Assembly: GCA_011109175.1 (NCBI GenBank)
Contig: RDEW01000017.1
Span: forward strand, 1,166,539 to 1,200,107
Reading direction: 5' to 3'
From: Dicyema japonicum
Taxonomy: Eukaryota; Animalia; Dicyemida
Length of the DNA: 33,569 nt
Part shown: piece after piece, positions 1-12,539 of the stretch
Position numbering within the stretch: the stretch's first letter is position 1
Layout: the number at the start of each line of letters is the position of its first letter
Notes under the pieces: generated by a model
What the model saw: the letters and a program-made list of their open reading frames with translations, nothing else
The model's database searches: none
Told to the model about the DNA's origin: nothing
Made by a program: the position numbers and the translations under genes

Positions 1-904
1 ATGTCCATACCTTGAAGTTTTTAAAACCCTTCCAAAACAGAGGGAGAAATCAAATGATTCTATTTTGTGCCAGCCTGGCATGGGATCCAAGTAATAACAT
101 GACGCCAATAGAATTGGAGGAGAAGGAAAAGACAAAACAACAAAAAACATGTAATTTCGTTTGACCATTTTCCGTCTTCTATCTCCAGATCAACTGTGCC
201 ATATGGAGAGGTATCCTGCAGACTCTTCACCCGATCTCTGACGATTACGATGGGAGTCGAAGATTAATTTTATCAACAACTGTCATGAGTTCAAAGAGGT
301 TATATATACTGCTCGCTTTCTTGACTCTAAAATATTTTAATTAATATTTATTACTTTAACAAATCACGAAAAGCAGAGGAGTCTAAAACAGAGATAGGCC
401 CAAGCATTTGCAGGACTTGCGGCATGAGGCCAACTAACTCCCTCTATAACATTCCTTGCTAATAAAGATGTTAAAGTTAAGTTATTATAGGAGTTGAGTT
501 TTCCTGTTCAATTTTAGCATTCAGAGTTTCAAGCAATCCGACTCATTTCAATCAGTCGTATACACGAGAATGTCTAAGAATTATTAGCAACAATAGAGTA
601 TACGGAGTGTGTCTTGAGTATTTAAGTCTTCTTCAATTCTATCTTGACGACACAGGTATAAATGTATGCATTTAACCATCTTATCTTTCCAGGTAGTCGC
701 CGTTTAACATATAGTCACACTTTTCCGTAAAGTTTCAAACAACCCAATTAAAGCATGTTCATTTACGGCCGAGTCCAATCTTGTATTTCCCACGGTGTCG
801 ATCATTTTTTTACACCATCATATTTTGATTTCACTTGGTTTTCAAAAAATGTTCCATTTTTATCCTCTAACAAACAAAGGAATGAGTTCCATCTATTTCT
901 TAAG

Positions 905-1221
905 TAACTAGCTTCAGATCCCAAGGATAAGCACATTATTAGATGATTTTTGACGTTTCCTTAAATTCCGGCAACTTCAAAAAAATTAAAAAAAGTCGGA
1001 GTCACCCTGCAGTATCCCGTTTTACATCATGATTTTTTTTCTTGTCAACTAAAGTTTCCATTTAACTAGCTTCAGATCCCAAGGATAAGCACATTATTAA
1101 ATGATTTTTGACGTTTCCTTAAATTCCGGCAACTTCAAAGAAATTAAAAAAAGTCGGAGTCACCCTGCAGTATCCCTTTTTACATCATGATTTTTTTTCT
1201 TGTCAACTAAAGTTTCCATTT
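905..1221. repeat. Tandem near-identical duplication, 158-bp unit
   Basis: taactagcttcagatcccaagg...gtttccattt starts at 905 and again at 1063, with only a few differences. Confidence 0.95.
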
Positions 1222-1639
1222 CGTGACCAAATATTTAATCCACAAAGCTAGAATCATGAAAGGGAGTGCAAGCTTATCGAGCAATAAGGAATGATTAGTG
1301 ATTCAAAAAAAAGTAAACTCTCTAAAGTGTGCCACTCTTAAATTTGTCAATTCTGAAATTTGCCATTTTTATTGATTTTTTCTATTTTTCAATGATATTT
1401 GCCAATTCTGAAATTTGCTAACATTTAAAAAAAATTATTTTTGAATTAAGATACCAGTAAAGAGTACAAGCCATATAGAATGATTTTAATAAAAGTCCCC
1501 ATTTTTACTTTTCATCTTATTTATTCCGGCTTTAAAGCATAAAATATAGGGTTTCCAGAGCATTAACGTAACTTTTTCAATCAATAGCGTAACTATTTTT
1601 AAGGATAAAAAACAAAAAAATTATTTACTGAACCACCGA

Positions 1640-1865
1640 AGCACTTTACTGAAAAACTCAGAACAATCATTTTAGTTAATACTTTCCATGTTCAGCCCAT
1701 TGCTCTTGAGACAAGTGGAGTCTTCGGGTCTAGACGGTCACTTTTCTTAGATCGCTTGGGTCTGTGATCTCTAAAGTCAGCAACAAATGTTGTTCCAAAG
1801 GATTTCTCTGGCAGATGTCAGGACGAACAGCCAATCCATTATTACAGCTGGATTAATTTGATTAT
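1640..1865 (+). mobile_element. CRE-clade non-LTR retrotransposon, C-terminal (restriction-like endonuclease) fragment
   Basis: Reads FHVQPIALETSGVFGSRRSLFLDRLG...LFQRISLADVRTNSQSII, matching the P-x-A-x-ET-x-G...FQRISLA-x-x-RGN C-terminus of CRE elements. DNA is homologous to 32130-32220. Confidence 0.75.
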
Positions 1866-2248
1866 CTTGCTTTCGTAATATTTTTTTTGGCTTTTAATTT
1901 TTTTTTAATTAGTCAATAATTTTTTTCATTTTCATCCACTCCTCTGGAAATATAATTTTTCCATGTGCTGAATACATTCTTAATTGTATTGAGAAATGGT
2001 GAGTAAATATAAACAAGTAGGTTTTCTGTTTCTATAAATTCTTTAATACCCATATAATGATGAATTCGGGCATTACCAAAAATCTAAATTACCATAAAAT
2101 TCAGAACTAAGATTTTTTAAGGACTCCAGAAAATCTTAAAATCCTCTCCGTTAACAGGTCTTTAGTTTTAGATGGTAAGTTAAGTATACCATATTTAGTC
2201 ATTGATGCAAAATGACTGAAATTTCTGTTTCTGATGTTCCCTTCAAGA

Positions 2249-2514
2249 ATGTAGGCATAGATCCTGAAACATCTCTTAAACGTCCAGGCCTTAATTATTA
2301 TTCAAATTCATCAATAAATACGAATATGTTGTTTCGACTCTGTGGTTAGTTTGGTCCTACTGTCACCCCTGCAAGAAGTTGATGTAGGCATAGATCCTGA
2401 AACATCTCTTAAACGTCCAGGCCTTAATGATTATTCAAATTCATCAATAAATACGAATATGTTGTTTCGACTCTGTGGTTAGTTTGGTCCTACTGTCACC
2501 CCCGCAAGAAGTTG
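2249..2514. repeat. Tandem near-identical duplication, 133-bp unit
   Basis: atgtaggcatagatcctgaaac...gcaagaagttg starts at 2249 and at 2382. Confidence 0.95.
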
Positions 2515-2748
2515 CTGTGAATACACCCTGTTTTGTAAATTTTAAAACAATTGTTTTTGAAATTTTCTACATACGTGAAATGGTTGCATTGTCACAACCG
2601 TAATTGACTTTATTATAATTAGCATTTTCACGAGAGCCATAATATTTATAGCTCCTAATGTGCAGCAAAAATATAAGAGAAAGATTTAGCTTGTTCCAGG
2701 CTTTTCCTGACTTTATTGACATTAAAAATTCAAAATTTTGACCTTCAA

Positions 2749-3235
2749 ACAAGTTTTGTAAACTTTACTGTTCAACTTATGCACGGAAAATCATATTCGA
2801 CTAAGCTCTAGTGATGTAGTGACCTTATTGATTCTAGAGTCGGTAGATGTAATTTGAAAATATATTTTTACAGTGAAACACTATTAAAAATAGACACGTT
2901 AGTAATTTATTCAAATACTATNACAAGTTTTGTAAACTTTACTGTTCAGCTTATGCACGGAAAATCATATTCGACTAAGCTGTAGTGATGTAGTGACCTT
3001 ATTGATCCTAGAGTCGGTGGATGTAATTTGAAAATCATATATTTTTACAGTGGCATCTGTGAAATTCTAATAAAAATGATAAACCTCTAGTTTGAAATGT
3101 TTATTAGACGAAAATTCAATAAAAAGTTGTTGATATAAAATTCTCCAAGATATTTTTTAATGAGTTTTAACTTTTTCAATAACTTTCTTGATTGAACGAA
3201 GCATAAGACACGTTAGTAATTTATTCGAAAACTAT
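2749..3235. repeat. Duplicated segment joined by a single N; second copy carries ~150 bp extra
   Basis: acaagttttgtaaac...tttacagtg starts at 2749 and 2923, with N at 2922. agacacgttagtaatttattc follows closely in copy 1 but only at ~3206 in copy 2. Confidence 0.9.
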
Positions 3236-4289
3236 AAAAAATTAAAAAATACAAATCAATAAATAATTTATTTTTATAAATTTTAAACAATTTTAAATAA
3301 CTTGAATTTTTGACTAATACAAAAATTGCCCTATCTATTATTGTGACGTTATTTTAGCCTTAATGTCATTTACTCTACAGAATTTTTGTTTTTCGATAAA
3401 ATCTTTGAAGACTTTGTGGATGGACAACATCACTTCAAATTTCAATCGGTTCTTTGTGTTAGCTGCCGACTAGGCACCGGGCTTCTCTTGTGAGGAATGA
3501 ATTTTTAACTCCATAATAACTTTTTAACGACTATTAACTACGAGTAGCCAAACTTAGTCACATACCAACCTCTGATAGGTCTTTATTCAAGATAGTCGGA
3601 AGTTTCGTTCTTTCCCTTCAGCGGAATCCGCCTCTTGTGTGCGCGAACTATCCTTAAATAAATATTTAAATAAACAAATTTAATAATTATGTAAATTTAT
3701 TTTACATTATATTTAAAATTTATAATCTTATAAATGTCTTCTACTGGCAAAATTATATACATTATGTAATTTACTATTCATTCCTACTTCCTTGATTTAC
3801 AGATGCTCTAAGAATTAGATTGGAGATATTTCGATTGATGCTCCGACATAAGGGATATTCAATCTGTTGTGTGAAAAGACGCTGGAAAGAAAATTGACTG
3901 ATCATAAACATGTTTGAAAGCAAGGTAGTAAGAGTTCATGTCTAGATTCTGGTGGGGTCTACACGACGATTGATCTTAATGACAAACTCAGGACCGCTAT
4001 GAAGACCAATTGGATGAGTCATTGTATTTTGTGGTCGTAATAGGTTTTCAGCCAGGTAATTTTGCCAAGAGTATAGAGGAGATAAGGGAGCTGTTGCTTC
4101 TGTTGTCTCATGTGTTAAGGATACATTTAGTGATTTTGTTAGTTTTAGATTCAGGCTTTGACAAAAATGAGTTATCATCACTTTGACAGACCTTCTAACA
4201 AACGAATGTTGGAAGTAGGGAGGGTCGTCGGTGCTGGTTTCAAAACCATTGACGCTACTTACGTTTTTGCAAGTCGAAAGAGTTTAAAT

Positions 4290-4900
4290 GCCAAGATACA
4301 CAATACAAGGCCATATTACAAGACGATCTGAAGATACACATTACAAGGGCCATACTACAATACGAAGGAACCTATTCACTCCGAGTGAATCTTCTCAAGA
4401 CAAATAAACATATCACAAACGAAGGAACCCATTACATGGTGGAGAAGCATATCACAAGTCGGAAGGATATGTTCACAATTACGAAGGAACCCATTATACT
4501 GTGGAGAAGCATATCACAAGTTGGAAGGATTATTCACAATTACGATGAAAGCGCAGTAGACGAAAGGTCAAAATCTCTGGATATTCTCCTAGTTGGACCT
4601 GGTACCCACAACAATTGAATCCCTACATTCGAATCCGGGTCTACACGGAACTTTGTCATCGTGCGGACTTTGATCCCTACAGGACCTGGGACTATCGTAG
4701 ATGCACATACTAGAGTTGGGACCTACCGGGGGTACCCATACCAAATGTTCCCTACATTCGAATTGGGTTCTACGCAAGACTTTGTTAACCACATTATTGG
4801 TCCCTAGAGGGGGCTTGGGACCACTGTGGAAAAAAATATACTGGGAAGGGACTTACTATGGGAGAACTAACTGGAGATGGGCTTACTAGCTTTGTACCTA
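4290..4900 (+). repeat. Internally repetitive dispersed element (~61-bp tandem unit plus sub-repeats), related to 24050-24330
   Basis: acgaaggaacccatta...gtggagaagcatatcacaagt occurs at ~4419 and ~4480; tccctacattcgaat occurs twice. Motifs cattacaagacga, tggacct-gtacccaca and ggac-tact-tgg-agaactaact recur at 24050-24330. Confidence 0.7.
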
Positions 4901-6239
4901 CTACGCTCTGGAGATAAGGTCAGGATTCATGGGATCCAACACTAGGACGAAATTCAATTAACGATAGAAGATAACTAAATGGAGTGTGAATACATCGGAA
5001 GTGTCCAGTCCGCATAGGCGGACACGTATAAATATCCATAAAATAACTCCTTACTTTGGAATGAATTTGGTTTTCGGTTTTTTCGGTAAGGAAACTCATC
5101 CGTGTGGGAAAATGCTTATATTATAATTTATGATGTAATTTGAGAATTCCTATATTGATTCCTTTACTGGAAGTGAAATTCAAAGTTTTATAGGATTCAG
5201 ATATATTTCATAATATAAACATGATTAAACATTCATAATATAAACATGAAGCTGGAATATAATATTTAATCGTCGTTTGATCGGGAAAATTGAATCCCTT
5301 CAAGGAGTGATCCAGCGAATTAAGAGTTAAAATGATAACAAATCCTTTAAAGTGAAAAACAAAGAATAATGGAAAGAATGTTATTAGATGATTTAATATC
5401 GATAATATACCTACAAGCTTGATCGTCGTGTTAACTCTCAAGGAACCTCGACTCTTTTAAAGAGGGTTTTGACTGTCAAAAGATAAACGTAGGTCGAGGG
5501 TAGGTTGATAATCTTCCCATTGATTCAATTTATGCTCAGCTTTAAAACCAAGATAAATCTCTTCTAGTTGTACGGCCGTGGTCGGAAAGTATCAGCAAGA
5601 AATGAGGTTGTTTCCCTGTGATACTTAGTGCTCTTCTGTGAGCATCGAGATCACTGATAGGAATCCTATGATATTCTAAAAAAACGGGAAAACAGGGAAT
5701 CTTAACAGTCCCAATGTGATTTTAAAAGAAAGAGGCGACTTTAGTCATCTTTTATTCTCATTAAATTACCCGCTCCGTGTTGCCACAAACTAAAACATGT
5801 GAAAACTACTTGATCTATTTATATCTGCAAAGCGTTCAATTTATCCAATTAAATATTCTCGTGTATAAGATTTTCAAATTGGAGTCTCTAGAAATTTTAA
5901 ACTCGGCTGGCTCACTTCCGTTGCGATTGGTTGACTCGTTTACTTTGGATATCACGGATTCTTTCTAATTACGTTCTAGGAATCACCACTATCCCCTATT
6001 TTTTTTAACTTAATCTTAACCAGCCTTTCATAGTGGGAATGAAAACGAACTATACGGTTCGATCATGAGGAAATTTAACATTTGGTTAACTATACGTTTG
6101 TTAAGTACCACCGACTATCTATTAACCCAAAAAAATCAGTCGCCTATCTATTCACGGCCGGACAAGAGACTGAGAAAGCAAATAATCTCATGAAAACGAT
6201 ATCAATACCCCTTTAACAAATTCCAAAAAATCACTATTA

Positions 6240-6655
6240 TGTACATGTGCTTCTCATGACACGTGAAGATCTACTGAAAATCTCTCAAGGCTATGTAAGA
6301 CAACCCCTTATTCTAACAACGTAATACAACCACTAAATCGAGCCATATATTTAGCTTACATGCGTCTTGTAAGCAAAACATGGCTGTCCAGAGAAGGGCG
6401 AACAGAGTGAACGTAGATATAAACATAATGAAAAGATTGTCACTGATATTAAAAGAAGGAAGTATCATAAGATTCGGGATCGGTTAGATTCCAGTCGATC
6501 TTCGTTGAGACGTCTGGCGATCTTTACTTCATCCCAGCAAAGTTTATCATGTTAATTAGGAGGCTTGTAGGACTATGGAATGGAGAGTAAGAATGACACG
6601 ATGGCTCTCGCGATCATGAAGCGTAACTTCCATGTTAATTACCTGCTGACCATGT
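6240..6655 (+). pseudogene. Possible highly decayed eIF4A-like DEAD-box helicase C-terminal fragment
   Basis: Scattered remnants lie in the expected order (IIRFGIG..., DVWR, QQ..., RDHE...LPAD) and resemble IMKEFRSG...TDVWARGLDVPQVSL...RDIE. Many stops and frameshifts. Confidence 0.3.
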
Positions 6656-6723
6656 CTTAAAAATTGAAAAATATTAACTGATCCACCCAAATATTTTCAA
6701 TTTTATTAATCTCCAATATAACG

Positions 6724-6795
6724 ATTTATTTATTTAAATCCAAGAATCACCGACAAAACAAAAAAGAGTAAAGGCCGTCAGGTGATCCCGGCCCC
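6724..6795 (-). mobile_element. 3' terminus of a retroposon: stem-loop plus (TAAA)n tail
   Basis: Minus strand reads ccgggatcacctgac...gtcggtgattcttgga tttaaataaataaat, homologous to the 3' end at 16845-16913. Confidence 0.65.
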
Positions 6796-7374
6796 ATTAA
6801 CGATGAATAAATTAACATTGAACAATAAATTAAACGATAGAATCATACATTAATTAATCATACCTTGGCCATGGAAGGAAAATTGTTACTGACTTTTACA
6901 AGGACAAATGGTGACGCTAAAAGGCATCTAATGTATCTAGAAGGAAAACCGTTCACTCCACTCCACCGGGAAACAATTTTTTCCTCCAAGGCTAGAGACA
7001 CATTGAAAAGCAATCACGTCCACGAACTCAATAGTTTATACGAAAGAAACAAATCAGTCACCAGTGACCAAGAAACAGTGAACGATGGCGGGAACGATTG
7101 CAATTCCAAGTCATTCGCGAAATTTACGCGGATTATCGGATGTGTAAATCACTTTGTAATGGTACTGCTGATATTTCGAGCATAAAACAAGTCCTTTCAA
7201 ACACATGAGACAATTTTATATATTTATCTTCAAAGATACGCGTAGATAATATAATGATTAGACACAGGTCACACATTTCTAACAATCTTCCTTAAAAGCA
7301 ATCCCTTCAAAATTAGAACATATAAACTGATTTGATTCCATATTCCAGCTTGATTCGTCACAGACCCCTTTGCC

Positions 7375-7840
7375 ATTATGTTATGTTGTCTAATTAAGTC
7401 GTGTCCGACCCTTGGAGATCTCATGAACGAGTTTCTTCCACTCTCCCCGATCCGTTGCAATTTGGAGTAGCCTTGATATAGGCATTCCCATGACGTCTTC
7501 CACCGTGGATAGCCACCGAGTCCTTGGTCGGCCAGGTCTTCTCTTCCCAGTAATATTGCTCAGCATAATGGTTATTTAGTGAATCAGAGAGGACAACATG
7601 CCCAAAGAACGCCAATCTGTGTTTTACGATTCTTCCCTCTAGCGAAATGTCAGTCTCTACCCGTTTGAGTAAATCGATGTTTGTTATTTTGGAAGTCCAA
7701 GAGATTCTTAGTAACCTCCTCCAGCACAACAGTTCGAAAGCATCAATTTTTCGTCTATCGCCTTCTTCAATATCCATGATTCTACGCCGTATAAAAAAAC
7801 CGGGAACACGATTGCATTAACTAGTCTGCATTTGGTCCTT
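7375..7840 (-). mobile_element. RTE-clade (BovB-like) non-LTR retrotransposon 3' fragment
   Basis: Reads TKCRLVNAIVFPVFLYGVESW...RRKIDAFELLCWRRLLRISW...RLAFFGHV...GKRRPGRPRTRWL across frameshifts. It ends gtcggacacgact followed by an (acata) repeat tail, typical of RTE 3' ends. Confidence 0.9.
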
Positions 7841-9978
7841 TGCCATTACATTCTTTTAAAATATTGATAACCAAGTACCTCTATTTACTACCCTTCTTTG
7901 CACAAAATGAGAATCCTAAAGTTTTATAAACTAAGTCTCAATATCAGCAATGTGATACTCGTTAAATCATCACAAACATATCTGGGAACACTTTCTACTA
8001 TAAATCTGATGAAGGGGAGAAGAATAAAAATCCAATAGACGTGCTTAGTGTCCACAATGTCTATGGGAATCTAGTTTCAGAATAACTAATACCGTCATGT
8101 CGAGTGATCCTTCACCAAATTGTACTTTTTTGGTTCAAACAACCCGTACATACAGTATCAGTCAGAAGAACAGTTTGTGCATAATTCCGTTCATTTGTGT
8201 ATTCCCAACCCACAATTCGGTGAAAGATATCAAGAAATTGTTTACTAATATGTCTCCCACCGACCATACGAGACGAATGCCTATTTTTATGAAATTATAA
8301 AACTTTAGCAATTCTGCGTGAATAATTCTCTGTAATAACAAAAAGGCAGATTATCTTATAAAACAGGCCTAATGAGTCCAGAGTGTCCCAACTAAATTTT
8401 ACACAACTAAATACTAGTAAATCGTCTCCGAACTAGAACGACTGGGTACATAATTTATGTTTTATCCATGAAGGTTGATTTGATTTGTTTGCAGGGAGAG
8501 ATATCAGCAAATAGCCGATAAAACCCATGACGCTGTACAAATTGATTGGATTGTTACCCAGACACCTATTTTGGATTAAACGACAAATTACAACTCCAAA
8601 CGTTTGAAAATCAAATCAAAGAAGTAATTTGAGGTTCAAAGGCAGATGTGCACCTCAAATCAACAAATACTCTCAATAAATTCGCTATTAGCAAAACACA
8701 CAAGTCTTTGTCGATAAAATTGAAATGAGAGTGAGTCAAGAGCAATTGTCTTATTTTCCAATGTTATAAACAAATGATTGCAAGTTGTCACTAAAATATA
8801 TTTTATGAATTCAATTGGAACTAGTTTTTCGCAAACCGCCCACTTGAGGGACAAAATCACAACTATAGTCAGAAATGACTCCAAGCCAGTTGAGACGGTC
8901 TTGGTTTTCTGAATGTTAATCCGTTCTAAGCAAGTAGAAATCGTCATACATAATCACCTTTTCGTACTTCATTTCTTCACCATCATTTTGCTTACATTCT
9001 ACGTATGTGAGAAGGATCAGGATTAGTGTCATTTAAGTATCTCCAAAATTTGTTCTGACTGAAGTATGGGGGACTAACCTGTCTAAACAAATCTCAAAAA
9101 GTTCAATTCACAGATTAGGTAGGAATTTGGTCTTTTAGTTCAAATTAATAAAAACCGTGGAAAATTATAACTGTCGGCAAAATATAGAAGAAACAAATAC
9201 TAGATGGCTTGATGTCCTTTGATTACCAGAGTCAACCACATGTAGGTAAATTCGGGATGATATGGCGTAATTTTATAAGTCGAACTGGGCAACCATATCA
9301 CAAATTTGTAACCTTTTAGTCAATATTTACAAAACCAGTACTCAGACGCTAAAGGTAACCCATCTAATAATTCCTGACTTTATAGTTGAACTAAGAGTAC
9401 TTATGCATCATTACCTTAAAAGAAGATTTACTCATCAAGAACGGAAGGGATAACTTCCTGAACCTATTAGACGAGTCGGAATGTTTAGAAACAGCTATAC
9501 CAAGTTCACCTTGTCCATTTTTGACGAGAGTTGATATTGTTTAGTGCCATCGCTGTAATTTATGCAGTAAATGCTATCAGAATAGGTTTCTTGGCTGATA
9601 TGGCTGATAACTGCTTTTATAATGTTCACCCACCTTCGATTAAAAGCGAAGAAAAACCTTTTTGGCTTCCTTTGAAAAAAGGTAATCATGCATGAAAATA
9701 TGAGGACTCTGTCAAGAATCCCTCGTAAGGGATATAAGCTTATTGAATTTAAGTCATATACACAATATAAGGCTAAGGGACAACTCGCCTAAAAATACTT
9801 TAAGGACAACTAACCTATAGATTGAATGTTAAAATAATTTTTAAATAGGTCATTTTATTAATACTCATTTTTATACATTTAAAAAAGAAAAAATAAGAAT
9901 TATTTATATAATTATATTTATTACATGTAATTTCTACTCAAGTTGTCTCTCCTCGTAAGTGATGAGAGGAGTAGTTTT

Positions 9979-10600
9979 TTAGATTCCCAGATTACTAATA
10001 GTATTGGCTGTCAGGGACTCAATGTTGCACTTTTTTTGTTTGTTCGTCCAGCACAAATTGATTCCCCAGGACACACTGATATAACTAACAGATAGTTCAA
10101 TGAATAATTTCAATGCCGGAAAAGGTGTCTCAATGCCACCAAAAATAGATTTGATTATCCCTAGCTTTCTTCGGCAAGCTTTCGGAGATGCATTCGAAAT
10201 GAGAGGAAAAAGATATTCCTTGTCGAAGGTGATCCTCAAGTTTTTCAGTTTCTTCGTTAATGGTATTTTAATGTGGTTGATAAATATTCTCGCGGTCATT
10301 TTCCAAGTGTATTTAGAAATTAATAATAGTTAAAAATTTCAAATTTAACCTTTCCGTTTAGCAGCAACCAGTCCCAGTCTATGGATAAACGAATCCTTTG
10401 AAGTCAGAGGCGGAAGTCCATCTACTACCAACAGTCCAAGGAAGACCATGTGGGTGGTAAACTCAAAGAGCGATCTTAATTGGGCGTAGATAATACTCTT
10501 CTCCAGCTTATTGAGCACTTATAATGAGGCCGAATTCTTTGCCTGCTGTTTCCGAGAGCCTTTGCCTGTAACTGAGATGACCCGACTGTTAGAGTGCACG
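9979..10600 (-). mobile_element. Decayed RT fragment of the Ingi-like family (paralog of 17150-17480 and upstream RT sequence)
   Basis: ORF 9979-10299 (KIPLTKKLKNLRITFD...RKLGIIKSIFGGIETPFPALKL...SWGINLCWTNKQK) aligns with the full-length copy. Weaker RT-like remnants (RP...LNKLEKSII) extend to ~10600. Confidence 0.8.
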
Positions 10601-11098
10601 TGAAATGGTAAAAAACAGTTCCTCGTTTATGCTCGAGTATTTTCACACTAGAAGGAGGTAAATTCTGTAGGCTAAGCAGGGTTAAAAGACTACCGTAATT
10701 ATTCTGAAAAGGGGAGATCGGAACTTGGAAAATACGACATGGGAGATCTTTAAAAAGACTACGGAGTTTTAAAGCAGCGCCTTTCCGGCATCTTTCCTGT
10801 TTCTACCAATCTCAGTGGCCTCGTAGATGTTTGCCGTGATTATGCACTCATAGAAGTTGTTATCTGAGTTGATGCACCTTTCTTTGAACATTGGAAAAGG
10901 AATTTTGTTCTTACTACAGAAATATGAATCCAGGATATGTCATCTTCATTCATTTTTAATATTGAATATTACACAACCAAACAATCCCAAACACATATAT
11001 TTAAATAATTGTTTTACTCTATAATATATTAATATATTTATACATTAATTATTAAAAATTGACTTAAAAAAGACTAGACTAATTAACTTAGAATTTTA

Positions 11099-11170
11099 GT
11101 GGCGTGGTCTACCAAATCAAAAAGATTTGGAAACGCCCAGGAGGCACCTAATGCCCACCGAGAAAGGACC
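11099..11170 (+). ncRNA. Putative HDV-like pseudoknot/ribozyme, copy A
   Basis: P1 GGCGU/ACGCC, P2 GGUCU/GGACC, P3 CCAAAUC/GAUUUGG, P4 GGCA/UGCC. Confidence 0.55.
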
Positions 11171-11750
11171 GATAGACCCCATCCTCCTGGGGATATTCTC
11201 GTCTCGGGCGATGCATTTCACGGAAGATCGAACCTTCGCGGAGGCAATCCTTAGCCCATCGAAGAGAAAAACACTTAACGAGTCTCCAGCTAAACATAAA
11301 TGGAATTAAAGGAAAAATCAGTGAACTCCGCTGACTCCTGGCTTTTCAAGAGATTAACGTTGCGATGATTCAAAAGACCAAACTCTCTTTTAATGACCCT
11401 ACCCCTACATTCCCAGGATACAAAGCTACCAGGAAGGACCGTTAAGAAAAAAGGTGGATGTCTGCTCACTCTATTCAAAAAGAACATGAAATGCAGAGAC
11501 ATCTCGGAAATGAGGAAACTTGTTGGGGATGATGATGTAACAGAAATAATTGGAATCTCGCTCTGGACAACGGAAGGTAGACTATGCCTTGTGATTATCT
11601 ACGTTCCGCCTCCTGGTTCCTGTCCGAAGAGCTATGCCAAACCTATCAAGACTGTCTTTCTTCGATGAAATCAACATCGGCGGGGATTTGTATGCGAAAC
11701 ATCCATTATGGCTGTCAACTAAACTACAATGTTGGAGGGGCAAAGGGAGT
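11099..11750 (+). mobile_element. 5' fragment (copy A) of the Ingi-like retroposon: structured leader plus decayed APE endonuclease
   Basis: Begins GTGGCGT after AT-rich flank. Reads LQLNINGIKGKISELR..., GGCLLTL, IIYVPPPGSCP, GDLYAKHPLW with stops and frameshifts. Confidence 0.85.
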
Positions 11751-12029
11751 CGACGCAAGTAGCAACCCATACCAAAGGTTTCAATCATTTGCTTTTTTAA
11801 TCTCAAAGGAAGGAATAAAAGAATTAATCTTTTATCGAAGACATTCAACAGAAAACCATTTACTTGCTTGTCAGTGTCACAGAAATAGAATAATTCGGAT
11901 AAATAATATCCAAATAACTTAGACTTATTAAGAAAATTTGACAATATCGATTATCCTGATTGTCTGTCACTTTTTGTTTTCAAAGCGACACGCTTTTAAT
12001 CGTCAAATACATGATAATATGGTTAGTTA

Positions 12030-12290
12030 AGTAACTACGGCCATACAAACTTGTAGGAGCCCTGCAGCTATTAAATAAGACGCAGTAAATGCCGGTCTCT
12101 ACCATAGATTGGTCAGTCCTGGCATTGTAGACAAACGTTGTTATAATTCATGACATTCAAATATGTGATTTTTTGCCACTCGGATATGTTTAAATATGGT
12201 TGTGTTAACTTAACTCGAATATCAAACATAATTAAGATAAAATTACATAAATCACACACTGGAGATTTCTGTGAACGCTGTTTGATATTT
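12030..12290 (-). mobile_element. 3' fragment of a CCHC-bearing Ingi/I-type retroposon
   Basis: Reads CHEL*QRLSTMPGLTNLW*RPAFTASYLIAAGLLQV; DNA is homologous to 30668-30745 and 32565-32637. Confidence 0.7.
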
Positions 12291-12539
12291 GAGCGAATCT
12301 CGTTTACACTCCTGGCTAGATAGTCAAGGGGGTTACTGTCATGGGGGAACATTATGAATTAGATTGATTGTTTCTTATTTAATAAATAAACTGTCAATCA
12401 TGGCAAGTTTAATCTCTAAAGACTCCAACATACAGTATGACAGTCACTGAGGAATCTAGAGAGCCAATTAATTCAAGCTCTCCATTAGGGTGTGCAGACT
12501 TTGAGCACGCAATGGGAGTTACCCCTTTAATCCTATGAG

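Noticed and set aside
4300-4560. CRISPR-like repeat/spacer appearance
   Set aside because: The units are degenerate tandem repeats without unique spacers, the context is eukaryotic, and no cas genes are present.
11106-11170. Hammerhead ribozyme reading of the 5' fold (three-way junction, UA, GAAA)
   Set aside because: The CUGANGA core is absent in all three copies. That strand pairs with the 5' end instead, giving HDV-like order.
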